Below, piece by piece: positions 16,361 through 25,040 of a DNA stretch of 49,552 nucleotides. The notes under the pieces were generated by a model. The model did not search any database, was not told the DNA's origin, and saw nothing but the letters and a program-made list of their open reading frames with translations. How positions within the stretch are numbered: position 1 is the first letter of the stretch; the number at the start of each line of letters is the position of its first letter. Source of the stretch: a virus (taxonomy: Duplodnaviria > Caudoviricetes). The stretch lies in IMG/VR virus record IMGVR_UViG_3300048598_000468, positions 1 to 49,552 of that record. One strand, given 5' to 3'. A program made the translations under genes and the position numbers.

Positions 16361-17842
16361 TTACTGCGCGAACTTGAGGAACTTCACGGCCTCGAAGTTC
16401 TGCGCGCCGCCGCCAACCCGCTTGCGCGTGTAGAAGCGGATGTACGGGGTGCGCGTGTAAGGATCGCGGAGCACGGTGACGCCGACGCGATCGACGATCA
16501 CGTAGGCGCGCGCGAAGTCCCCGAAGGCGATCGGATAGGCATCCGCATCGCCATTGGGCGCCTCCTCGTTGACCACGGTGTCGTAGCCGCAGAGCTGCGC
16601 GGGGTTGCCGTCCCGGGCGTCTGCCCAGATCCAGCGCCCCTCGCCGTCCTTCAGCGTCCGGCAGAGGCCGACGAGTCCGGAGTTCATCATGAACTTCGCG
16701 GAGGCGCGATGCCCGGCCTTCAGCGCGTAGATCAGCTTCCAGAGCACGTCACCCTGGTTGACGGCGGCGCCGGGATCGACGAAGCCGCCGTTCTTGCCGC
16801 TAAGGATGAAGCCGAATTTACCCCAGGCCCAACTGGCGTTCGCCACCATGTCATAAGACCAGAGACCCTTCGGCTTGTTGACACCGTTGCCGGAGGAGAA
16901 GACCCGCTCCTCTTCCTGGCCGAAGGTGTCGAGCACCTCCTCCGCCAGGAAGCTCTCGATATCGAGTGAGGAATCCTCGAGCAGCGTCTGGGAGGCCAGA
17001 ACGTTGGCCGCCATCTCCATGGCGGGAACGTCGATCTCGGCGATGTCGGGGGTGTTGGTATCGTTGGGCGTCTGCCGCTCGCCCACCCACTCGACCGTCG
17101 CGCCGCGGAGGTTGACCGGCTTCTTCAGAGACGGGCCAGAGATCGAGCGAACCGTCGCCACCTGACGCATCACGACGGCGTTGCTGAGGAGCCCTTCCAG
17201 CGGTCCGGTGTCGAACTCGGGATGCACGAAGAAACCGCCATCCGGGTTGCTACCCGAATGCATGCCGGCCTTCTTCTCGAGCTCGCGCAGCGAGACACCG
17301 CCGAAGGTTTCCTGACCGGTGCGGAGGTAGGCGAGAGAGGCCTTGCGGTAGAGCGCAAACGCCTGGTTCCGCTGAGACAGGCTCGCCCGGCGCGCGGGCG
17401 GCTGGATCATCGGACGGCGCAGCTTGGTCTCGAGCTGGCGCGTGCGCGCCTTCTCGGCCGCGAGCTGCGTCTGCAGGTCGCGCCGCTCGTCCGCCTCCAC
17501 GCGGTCGATGTGGCGGTTGATGCGGTTGATGGTCTGATCGAGCAGCGGATCGGCGCGGCCCTTACGGGCGGCCGCGTTGCGCTGGTCCACCGTGGCCCGC
17601 AGATGATGCGTCGCGTTCGCCTTGGCGGCTGCGAGACGGCGGGCGGCTTCCGTGCGCGAGACCATCTTCACCGCGAGGCGGCGGTTCTGGGTCTCGATGG
17701 TGCGCGTGAGCGCGGCGACGGGGTCGGCGCGGCGGGTGTGCACGGCCGGGGCCGCGATGCGGCGCGGCCCGCCCGCCTTGATCTCGGGCGCGGTCTCGTC
17801 ATGGCGCACACGGTCCTGCGCCAACGTCTCGTTGGGTTTCAT
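16361..17842 (-). CDS. Major capsid protein, HK97 family, with about 190-aa basic delta domain
   Basis: DGGFFVHPE, WVGE, GNGVNKPKG, IAFGDF, RDPYT...KRVGG. Confidence 0.95.
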   Translation of the reverse strand: MKPNETLAQDRVRHDETAPEIKAGGPRRIAAPAVHTRRADPVAALTRTIETQNRRLAVKMVSRTEAARRLAAAKANATHHLRATVDQRNAAARKGRADPLLDQTINRINRHIDRVEADERRDLQTQLAAEKARTRQLETKLRRPMIQPPARRASLSQRNQAFALYRKASLAYLRTGQETFGGVSLRELEKKAGMHSGSNPDGGFFVHPEFDTGPLEGLLSNAVVMRQVATVRSISGPSLKKPVNLRGATVEWVGERQTPNDTNTPDIAEIDVPAMEMAANVLASQTLLEDSSLDIESFLAEEVLDTFGQEEERVFSSGNGVNKPKGLWSYDMVANASWAWGKFGFILSGKNGGFVDPGAAVNQGDVLWKLIYALKAGHRASAKFMMNSGLVGLCRTLKDGEGRWIWADARDGNPAQLCGYDTVVNEEAPNGDADAYPIAFGDFARAYVIVDRVGVTVLRDPYTRTPYIRFYTRKRVGGGAQNFEAVKFLKFAQ

Positions 17843-17884
17843 GGGTAGCTCCGGTTGTTGGGGTGAGAGAGTTGGGACGCAGGA

Positions 17885-18559
17885 CTAACGAAGTGCGGCG
17901 AGAAGCCGGCCGCGGCGCGCCACGGCGCGGGCGAGGCGATCGAGCTCGACAAGGGACGCGTGACGGCGCGACGTGTGCGCGTGCGGCCGGCGCTTCACGG
18001 TCTCCGTGTCGATGAGCGAGGGCTTGCAGGCGGGAAAGGTCACGACGGACACCTCCCAGAGATCCCAGCCGTAGACGAGGCGGCGCTGGCCTCCGAGCTC
18101 CAGCTCCTCCGGCTGCAGCACGATGCCGTGGTCGGCGAGAGCGTCCACGTAGACTTTCTGGGTGTCGACGGGATCGCCGCCGATCGAGAGCCCGTCGAGC
18201 GCACCCTGCCGCATGAGGCTCAGCGTCTCCCGCGCGCGCTCGACGTCGAGATTGAGCTGGCCCTTGCAGAAAAGGCCGTGCTGGTCCTCCCGCATCTCGG
18301 TCCACACGCCGATCGGCGCCGCGGGATCGTGCTGCAGGAGCAGCTTCGGCAACGTGCCCTGCGCGGCGTACTCGGCGAGCGACGCCGAGAACGCACCGGG
18401 CATCACGATGTCGCCGTAGCTGTCGACGACGCCGAACACGTTGCCGTAGCCCTCGAAGGTGCCGGCCTCCGACACCGTCTCCGCCTTGAAGCGGATGGGG
18501 CGCAGGTGCTTGAGCTCCGGTGCGAGCACCGGGGCTGATTTCAAGGCGGCGGTGAGCAT
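17885..18559 (-). CDS. HK97-family prohead protease
   Basis: FEGYGNVFGVVDSYGD, LLQHD (His), GLSIG (Ser), LWEVSVVTFPA (Glu). Confidence 0.95.
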   Translation of the reverse strand: MLTAALKSAPVLAPELKHLRPIRFKAETVSEAGTFEGYGNVFGVVDSYGDIVMPGAFSASLAEYAAQGTLPKLLLQHDPAAPIGVWTEMREDQHGLFCKGQLNLDVERARETLSLMRQGALDGLSIGGDPVDTQKVYVDALADHGIVLQPEELELGGQRRLVYGWDLWEVSVVTFPACKPSLIDTETVKRRPHAHTSRRHASLVELDRLARAVARRGRLLAALR

Positions 18560-18587
18560 GGAAACCTCGCGCGCGGCGTGTGCGGGA

Positions 18588-20129
18588 TCAGGCGACGGCA
18601 GCGAGAGCCGGGTCGGCGGCGATCTCGTCGGCCGGCACCTCGCTCACGACGATGTCGGCCAGATACTCCTCGACGCTGTAGCCAGCCGCCGCCGCGGCTT
18701 CCTCGGCGCTGGCGAAGCCCTGCTCCGCAAGGTAGGCCGCGAGCGCCTCGTCCTCGGTTGCCGCCTCGTAGGTGGCGATGTAGGTGCCGCCCACGGTGAC
18801 ATCGAATGCGGATTTGCGGGCGTAGCGCCGCGCGAGGCGGCCGCGGCGTGCCAGCGTCGTGGGCGCGTCGATCACCTCCGTGATCGCGGCCTCGATCTCG
18901 CCGAGGCTGCGGATCTTGTCGTTGAGCTGGAACTGGAGATCGGCGAGCGCGGAGGGAAACTCCGCGGCCCAGGTGTCGGCCGGATCGGCGGTGTCGATCG
19001 AGAGCGCATAGGACTGATCGAGCAGCGATTGCAGCGTGGCGAGGTCGCCGGCTTCATAAGCCGCGTCGGCCTGCTGCTGGGCGCTGTCGATCCAGTCGAT
19101 CGCCTCACTGCCCGTCATCTTGCGGGCGTAGCGGCGGGAAAGGGTGGCTTTCGACACGAGATCGTCGGTTTCGTCGTCGACCGGAGGCTCATCACCCAAC
19201 TCGACCGTTTCCTCCTCGCCGACAAGACCAAGCAAACCGCTCGCAAGCGTTTCGAAGCCGACATTCCCTCCAGACGCTGCGACGGCGTTGGCGAGGGCCT
19301 GAGACATCTCGCCCGTCATCAGTCTGGCCAAGTTGGCGTCCACCTCCTCCTGCGAGATGGGACCGAAATTGGTAGCGGCGTCGGCAATCGCGGACTGCGC
19401 GTCGTAACCCACCCCCCAGATCGCCTGTTCATCGTAGGCCGCCCACTGCCCCGATGCGGCCTTGCGACGGTAGCGGCGCGAGAGGGTGGTCAGGTCGGTT
19501 TCCTGGCCTTCAGCCTGCCACCCGCAGGACAGGGCCAGGGTGATGACCTCGTCGTCGGTCAGCAGGCGCTCGCCACCGGCGGCGTCGACGATCACGATGT
19601 CTCCGAGGTCGTCGATGTACGCAGACACGCCGCCGAAGTTCGCGGCTTCCTGCACGATGGTCGCGTCCCCGAGCGTATCGAGGAAGGCCCGCGCGGCTCC
19701 CGCATCCGACTTGCGACGGTAACGGCGCGAGAGCACGGACGGCGCGTCGAGCGGGTCTGCGACGTCGCCAGCCGCGGCGGGGCCGACCTCCTCGATGTGG
19801 TCGATGTAGCCCCAGGAGTCGGCGGGCTGCGTCACCCAATGATCGGAAGGGATGCTCTCGAGCAGCCCCTGCGCCATGGTGTAGGAATCCGTGCCCTCCG
19901 GCGCCGTAAACTCCACCACGGCCGTCTGCGTCACCGTGCGGGTGACCGTGGCGCGGTAGGTTTTCGGCACCGGATCGACCGGGACCACATCTGACACGAC
20001 AGTCTCGACGACAGCCTCCGGGACGGCGGTCGACGTCATGGGATCGAGCACGGCGATGTCGTCACGGCGCGAGAAGCGGCGCGCGAGCTTGGTTGCAGCG
20101 GCGCGAGCGCCGAGCAGGCGATAGGACAT
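18588..20129 (-). CDS. Acidic modular protein: five domains separated by L(S/A)RR(Y/F)xR(K/R) motifs (putative capsid-cargo polyprotein)
   Basis: 513 aa, AGGAG RBS; motifs at 20064-20087, 19710-19733, 19461-19484, 19119-19142, 18813-18836. Confidence 0.85.
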   Translation of the reverse strand: MSYRLLGARAAATKLARRFSRRDDIAVLDPMTSTAVPEAVVETVVSDVVPVDPVPKTYRATVTRTVTQTAVVEFTAPEGTDSYTMAQGLLESIPSDHWVTQPADSWGYIDHIEEVGPAAAGDVADPLDAPSVLSRRYRRKSDAGAARAFLDTLGDATIVQEAANFGGVSAYIDDLGDIVIVDAAGGERLLTDDEVITLALSCGWQAEGQETDLTTLSRRYRRKAASGQWAAYDEQAIWGVGYDAQSAIADAATNFGPISQEEVDANLARLMTGEMSQALANAVAASGGNVGFETLASGLLGLVGEEETVELGDEPPVDDETDDLVSKATLSRRYARKMTGSEAIDWIDSAQQQADAAYEAGDLATLQSLLDQSYALSIDTADPADTWAAEFPSALADLQFQLNDKIRSLGEIEAAITEVIDAPTTLARRGRLARRYARKSAFDVTVGGTYIATYEAATEDEALAAYLAEQGFASAEEAAAAAGYSVEEYLADIVVSEVPADEIAADPALAAVA

Positions 20130-20161
20130 GGATGTCTCCTGGCTTTTTGTGCGGAGGGGGT

Positions 20162-20485
20162 TCAGTAGAGGTAGTCGTTAATCTCGTCCTGGAACTCTCT
20201 CATCGAGACCAGTTCGACCAAATCCCCGAGCTCTTTGTAGCGCCGCTGCGCTGTGTCGAGCGTCGCCGTCGCTTCAGCGAAAAGTGACTGCACCTCGGCG
20301 CCGATCGCGGCCAATTCCGTCTGGACGGCCGCCGCAGTCGAGGCATTGCGATTTGCGTTGAATGCTGCCCACACGGTCTCGATCCTGTTCAGATACGCGT
20401 CGAGATCCGAGAACTCGCTCTGTCCAAACAGGCCCTTTCGAGAGGTGTACTTGGCATTCCTGAGCACGGGTGCAAAGACGTACAT
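20162..20485 (-). CDS. Small acidic helical protein with MYVFAP...SRK leader
   Basis: GGAGAG RBS, 107 aa, basic leader then acidic body. Confidence 0.75.
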   Translation of the reverse strand: MYVFAPVLRNAKYTSRKGLFGQSEFSDLDAYLNRIETVWAAFNANRNASTAAAVQTELAAIGAEVQSLFAEATATLDTAQRRYKELGDLVELVSMREFQDEINDYLY

Positions 20486-20512
20486 GAGGGGGCTCTCCGA
20501 ATTGACCTGCGA

Positions 20513-20755
20513 TTAGGTGAGGCTGTGGGCTAATGCTTCGCCGACAGCGCCGACGGCGCATTCGAGCGACGCGACCAGAGCCTCGGGCAGATCGGCTTCG
20601 AATGCCTCGGCGGCGGCGAGGAGATCGGCGCCAAACCGGTCGAGATCGCCGGCCAGCCGTTCCAAGTCTTCGGCGGTCGGCCCGTTGGCGAGGATGGCCT
20701 GCGTGGTGATGAGCGTCGGCGCGAAGGCGCGGGCAGCCTGGGAAACGCTGATCAT
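20513..20755 (-). CDS. Small acidic helical protein
   Basis: GAGGT RBS overlapping the portal stop; 80 aa with no Lys; AFAP motif. Confidence 0.7.
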   Translation of the reverse strand: MISVSQAARAFAPTLITTQAILANGPTAEDLERLAGDLDRFGADLLAAAEAFEADLPEALVASLECAVGAVGEALAHSLT

Positions 20756-20761
20756 GGCGAA

Positions 20762-22165
20762 TTACCTCGCGCGGTTGGAACGGAAGCGCTGGTCCTCGTC
20801 CTCCCACACCGGCGGCTTGCGCGGTGCCGGCGGAGGGAGCCTCGGCTTGCCGGGCTCGGGATCGAGGGCGCCGCCGTCGAGCGGCCCGCCGAGCGCGGGT
20901 TTGAGCCCCGTGTTGTTCGCGGCGAGCTGCACGCGGTCCATGGCGGGGTCATCGATCGGGTCGAGCCCCTCGCGCACGCGGATCTCATTCGGCGTCATGT
21001 AGATGGTGACGGCGTCCTTGTAGATCTTCACGCGATCCGAGGTGGTGCCGCGCACGACGGCGTCCATGTCGAGATCGACGCGGAGCCCCTGGCGGATCTC
21101 CTGCTCCGACAGCATCGAGAGCGTGGCCGCCTCCTCGAACCGTTCGGCCCAGGGCTGCAGGCAATGGCTGCCGTGGGCCGTGAACATGTTCTCGACCGAC
21201 GCGTAGGCTTGGCTGCCGTCGTTGTGGCCGATGATCTGCGGGAACACGCGGAAGAAGCGGCAGGTGTCGGACACCTGGAACTTGCGGTTCTCGATCACCT
21301 CCTGCTTCGCGCCCTCGACCGTCATGGCGTCGAACTTAAACGCAGCATCGAGAATGGCGATGCCGCCTTTGCCGCCCGCGCCATAAGCATCCTGCCAGGC
21401 CTGGCGGATCTTCTCGCGCTGCGCAGGCTCGATCTTCTCCGTCGACGAGAGCACGCCGGACGGGCGGAGGTCGTTGGCGTGGAAGCGCGCCTGGCTTGCC
21501 TCGATCGCGGCGGCAAGGCCCACCGCCTCCTTGGCGAGCAAGATGGTGTTGTGACCGTGCCAGGGGTCCGCCATCGGGCCGCGCAGCGCGAAGATCTCGC
21601 CGGGCTTAAGCAGCAGGTTCATGCCGTAGCCGGTGACGCGATAGGAGACGTCCCAGCGGGAGTCGACCTCCGGCGCGCAGGTGCCCGGCAGCAGGGGCAA
21701 CAGCTCGGTCAGGTTGCCGAAGCGGTCGCGCTGGATGAGCGCGTAGGCCGCCTCGTGGAATGTCGAGATCGCCACCATGTATTGGACGAGTTCGAACGGC
21801 GTCATCCACTCGTTCGGCCGCACGGTCAGCAGGTCATGCACCGGATGATCGTGCACAACGGCGGTGCGCTCCCTTCCCTTGGCGTCGTAGGTCACGCGCA
21901 CGACGCGGCGCGCCATCTTTGCGATGTCCTCGCTGATCACACGCCGGCAGGCGTAGGCCGTCGAGATGCGCAGCGCCTGCTCCGCCCCGATCCACTGGCC
22001 CGATTTGGTGAGGCCGGTGTTCCCGCCGAGCAGGATCTCCTCTTCCTCGGGCGTGAACATCTTGGTGTCGCCGGGCCCGTAGTCGGCAATGCCGACCAGA
22101 TCAGATGGCGCGAACCAGGGCGTGCTCGCCTGCTCGAGCAGCGTGGGTGACGTAGGGCGCGGCAT
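20762..22165 (-). CDS. Portal protein, HK97 family
   Basis: AYACRRVISEDIAKM, HPVHDLL..RPNEWMT, CRFFRVFP, MTPNEIRVREGLDPI. Confidence 0.95.
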   Translation of the reverse strand: MPRPTSPTLLEQASTPWFAPSDLVGIADYGPGDTKMFTPEEEEILLGGNTGLTKSGQWIGAEQALRISTAYACRRVISEDIAKMARRVVRVTYDAKGRERTAVVHDHPVHDLLTVRPNEWMTPFELVQYMVAISTFHEAAYALIQRDRFGNLTELLPLLPGTCAPEVDSRWDVSYRVTGYGMNLLLKPGEIFALRGPMADPWHGHNTILLAKEAVGLAAAIEASQARFHANDLRPSGVLSSTEKIEPAQREKIRQAWQDAYGAGGKGGIAILDAAFKFDAMTVEGAKQEVIENRKFQVSDTCRFFRVFPQIIGHNDGSQAYASVENMFTAHGSHCLQPWAERFEEAATLSMLSEQEIRQGLRVDLDMDAVVRGTTSDRVKIYKDAVTIYMTPNEIRVREGLDPIDDPAMDRVQLAANNTGLKPALGGPLDGGALDPEPGKPRLPPPAPRKPPVWEDEDQRFRSNRAR

Positions 22166-22563
22166 CAGGCGGAGACGGCAGACGCTGCTTCGGCCTCCGC
22201 CTGCCCGATCTGGGTCAGGCGGTCTTCAAGGTCGGCGATCTCCGTCTTGATGTCCGCAAGCTCCTGCTCGAGCGCCGGATCGCTGCCGTCTCGCAGATCG
22301 AGCTCGATTTCGCCGTAGCGCAGATAGAGATCGGCAAGGCGGCTCTCTATGGCGCTACGCTCGTCGTAAAGCCACGCGACGACGGCGTTGTAGGCATCCG
22401 CCGTGAGACCGGCCCCATAGCCCACAGCCGCGAGCACTCCCGCGATACCGCCGGCTGCCAGCGCACCCGTGCCGAGCGCCGTCAGGATCGACACCAGATC
22501 CTTGCGAGCCGGTGCGCGGTTGCGGCGGTCGATCGTCGACAGGTGCGGGACGAAGGCATACAT
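22165..22563 (-). CDS. Small protein: MYAFVP...ARK leader, Gly/Ala hydrophobic segment, acidic coiled coil
   Basis: GAAGGAG RBS; 132 aa; TGATG-coupled to the portal. Confidence 0.75.
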   Translation of the reverse strand: MYAFVPHLSTIDRRNRAPARKDLVSILTALGTGALAAGGIAGVLAAVGYGAGLTADAYNAVVAWLYDERSAIESRLADLYLRYGEIELDLRDGSDPALEQELADIKTEIADLEDRLTQIGQAEAEAASAVSA

Positions 22564-22576
22564 GCGTGATGCTCCT

Positions 22577-24268
22577 TCAGAGCGGCAGAATGAGAAGTTC
22601 ACCGGATTCGAGATACGAGCGCGGCGCCGGCTCCCGACCGGCCATCGCAAGGGACATCACGCCCGCGGCGATGCCGTCGATCTTGTTGGCGGATGCCTGC
22701 TTGCAGGGCATGTAGTTCTCGCTGCTATCGCGGCGGATCGCGACGTTCGACGCCATCCAGCGCAGTACCGGATGGCCGCCATGGTCGAGACGCTCCTCGA
22801 GCACCAGGCGCTCGAGCAGCTTCGACGGGCTCGACATCGACAGCATTCCGAACCGGATCAGCTCCACCGGCACGTTCTTGGCGACGAGGTTTTGCGCGAC
22901 CGAATGCGCGTTGAAGAGATCGATGCCGACACCCTGCACGTCGAACCGGCTGCAATCGGCCTCGATCTGCTCCTCGATTGCGCCATGGTCAGCTGTGTTG
23001 CCGGGCGTCGAGACGAAAGCACCTGCCCGATCCCACTCCTCGAACGGCACGCGAGACTTCGAGGCAGCGAGCTTCATGGATGCTTTCGGCCACCAGAAGC
23101 GCGGCAGCCAAACCCATCGCTCGTTGGGATCGTCCTCGTTCTCGGGCGGGAACGTCCAGAGCAGCGCGTTGAAGTCCTTCGTGCTGGCGAGGTCGAGACC
23201 TCCCCAGCATTTCCGGCCGGCCATCCGGTCCGCGATTTCCTTCCAGCTATCGGGGCCGCCCTGCGTGCAGGCGTTCCACGACGGCATCGGCAGCCACCGC
23301 TCGTCCTGGCCGACCCAGATGTTGAGCGTGTAGCGCTTGTAGTCGTTTTCCGATCGCGTCGATTGCTTGGCTTCACGAGCTTCCTTGGCGATCGCGTCCG
23401 GCCGGATCGAAATGCCGAAGTTCGGGTTGGCCTCGCGCTGCGTGCGCTCGGTGAAAAGATCCTCGTCTTTGATCGTGGGCGGCGCGCACCAGATCAGCAC
23501 CAGCGTCTCGGGGTCGTCGAAGGCCCCTTCACAGATCTTGAGGCTTTCGTCCCAAAGCTCGACGCCGAAACCATCCTCGACGCCTGCCGTCGAGATCAGC
23601 CACTCCATCGGCTCCTTGCGCGATTTCATGGCTTGGCGGACGTAGGTGTAGAGCCGGTTACTGGCCCACTCGTGCACCTCGTCGCCGATCAGGTAGGTGG
23701 TCTTGAGACCGTGCTTGCCGCGAGGCTTGCCGGTCAGGAACTCGAAGCGCGACATCGTCGCGCGAACGTAGAGGCTCTCCTCGAAGACCTCGTACTGCTC
23801 GGCCAGATCCGGCGAGTAGGCGATCATGTTCGAAGCCGCTTCGAACACGAGGCGCGCCTGATCGCCGGATGAGGCGATGGAGTAGCATTCGGCGCCGCGC
23901 ACCGCGTCTCCCAGGAGGAGAAGGTGCGAGACGCCAGCGATGAGCGCCGTTTTCCCGTTCTTACGCGGAATCCAGATCATGACGCGCCGGTAGAGGCGCG
24001 TGCCGTCGGCGCGCTTCCAACCGAACGCGGGCCGGATGATCCAATCTGCCTGCCACGGCTGCAGCGTGAACGGATGCCCCGCCCACTCGTCCTCCGTGAA
24101 CCGGCAGAACGCCGGGAAGAACGCGACCGCAGCCTCCGCCGTATCGGCGTCGTAATAGGCGCCAGGAGGACGCGGCCTCCACAGCGAATGATAGCGCGGC
24201 TCTCCCTTCGCGAGCTTGCGCGCCGGGTCTGGCTGCTTTCCGAGGCGGATCATGCGTGCAGGCGGCAC
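22577..24268 (-). CDS. terL: Terminase large subunit
   Basis: LQPWQ, IPRKNGKT (Walker A), IGDEVH (Walker B), GGLDLAST, KIDGIAA; start may be ATG 24253. Confidence 0.97.
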   Translation of the reverse strand: MPPARMIRLGKQPDPARKLAKGEPRYHSLWRPRPPGAYYDADTAEAAVAFFPAFCRFTEDEWAGHPFTLQPWQADWIIRPAFGWKRADGTRLYRRVMIWIPRKNGKTALIAGVSHLLLLGDAVRGAECYSIASSGDQARLVFEAASNMIAYSPDLAEQYEVFEESLYVRATMSRFEFLTGKPRGKHGLKTTYLIGDEVHEWASNRLYTYVRQAMKSRKEPMEWLISTAGVEDGFGVELWDESLKICEGAFDDPETLVLIWCAPPTIKDEDLFTERTQREANPNFGISIRPDAIAKEAREAKQSTRSENDYKRYTLNIWVGQDERWLPMPSWNACTQGGPDSWKEIADRMAGRKCWGGLDLASTKDFNALLWTFPPENEDDPNERWVWLPRFWWPKASMKLAASKSRVPFEEWDRAGAFVSTPGNTADHGAIEEQIEADCSRFDVQGVGIDLFNAHSVAQNLVAKNVPVELIRFGMLSMSSPSKLLERLVLEERLDHGGHPVLRWMASNVAIRRDSSENYMPCKQASANKIDGIAAGVMSLAMAGREPAPRSYLESGELLILPL

Positions 24269-24287
24269 CGGGCCGCCGCAGCAGCCG

Positions 24288-24905
24288 TCAATTCATGTTC
24301 GAGCGTTGCGTTTGCGGGTTGAGGGCGCCGAGCGGGCCGGCGGGACGCTGACCGGTTCCCTGCGCGGTTGACTGTGGAGTCGACGGCTTGTCTTTGCCAC
24401 TGCCAGCGCCGAGTTTGCTTTCGAGACCGAGACGTCCCGCGGGGCTCGCGCCGATCAGTTGCTCGATCGCGCGGAGCTCGCGCATCGTCGCCAGCATCTG
24501 GTCGTAGGCGGGGTTTCGCTTGATCGCGACGGATTTCGTGGGAGGCGCATCATCACCGCCGGGCGTTTCCTTGACGATCTCGTAAGTCGGCTGCGGCGGT
24601 CGCCGCATCGTGGTCTCGTGCACCGCCATCAGGCTGCAGTAGCGGGCGAGGATGCGATGGTCGGAATTCTTGAACCAAAGCCGGGTCGAGGGATCGGAGA
24701 AGAGTTCACCCCAGATCCGGCGCGCCGTTTTCGTGAGATAGCCGGGAGCAGGCGGAACGAAGGCGGAATCGCGCGCTTCGTCTTGTATGTCATCCGGTGG
24801 CGTCTTTTCTTCGAGAACGGCTTTTGTCTTTTTCTTGCGCCGCCCCGGAAAGCCTTGAGCTGACTCAAGTTCTGCCGACTTCGGCTTCGGTCCCCGCTTT
24901 CCCAC
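24288..24905 (-). CDS. terS: Terminase small subunit (P27-like)
   Basis: MGKRGPKPK...PPAPGYL...ARRIW...RNPAY...IGASPAGR. Confidence 0.9.
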   Translation of the reverse strand: MGKRGPKPKSAELESAQGFPGRRKKKTKAVLEEKTPPDDIQDEARDSAFVPPAPGYLTKTARRIWGELFSDPSTRLWFKNSDHRILARYCSLMAVHETTMRRPPQPTYEIVKETPGGDDAPPTKSVAIKRNPAYDQMLATMRELRAIEQLIGASPAGRLGLESKLGAGSGKDKPSTPQSTAQGTGQRPAGPLGALNPQTQRSNMN

Positions 24906-24909
24906 GCGT

Positions 24910-25040
24910 CACATCCCCGGCCGAATTCGACCTTCTAGAAAAAATAATCACGCCCAAAAACCTGCGCCCCCTTTTTTTGTGGGAAACGCGCGGTCTGGGG
25001 GCGGGAGAGGCATATGATTTCACACCCCCCCTGGGGGTAG
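24910..25040. other. Probable cos region
   Basis: Between HNH and terS as in HK97-like phages; minus strand GGGGGGTGTGAAA...GACCG and T/A runs. Cut site not identifiable. Confidence 0.5.

Noticed and set aside
18813-20087. LxRRYxRK repeats as a CRISPR-like or DNA repeat array
   Set aside because: Spacing of about 250-350 nt, in frame, with synonymous differences; conservation is at peptide level and no cas genes are present.
18588-20129. Polyprotein motifs as Tat signals, or the ORF as an ordinary scaffold or MuF protein
   Set aside because: The RR motifs are internal and lack a following hydrophobic helix; the capsid already has a delta domain; no MuF motif seen. A pure scaffolding role cannot be fully excluded.
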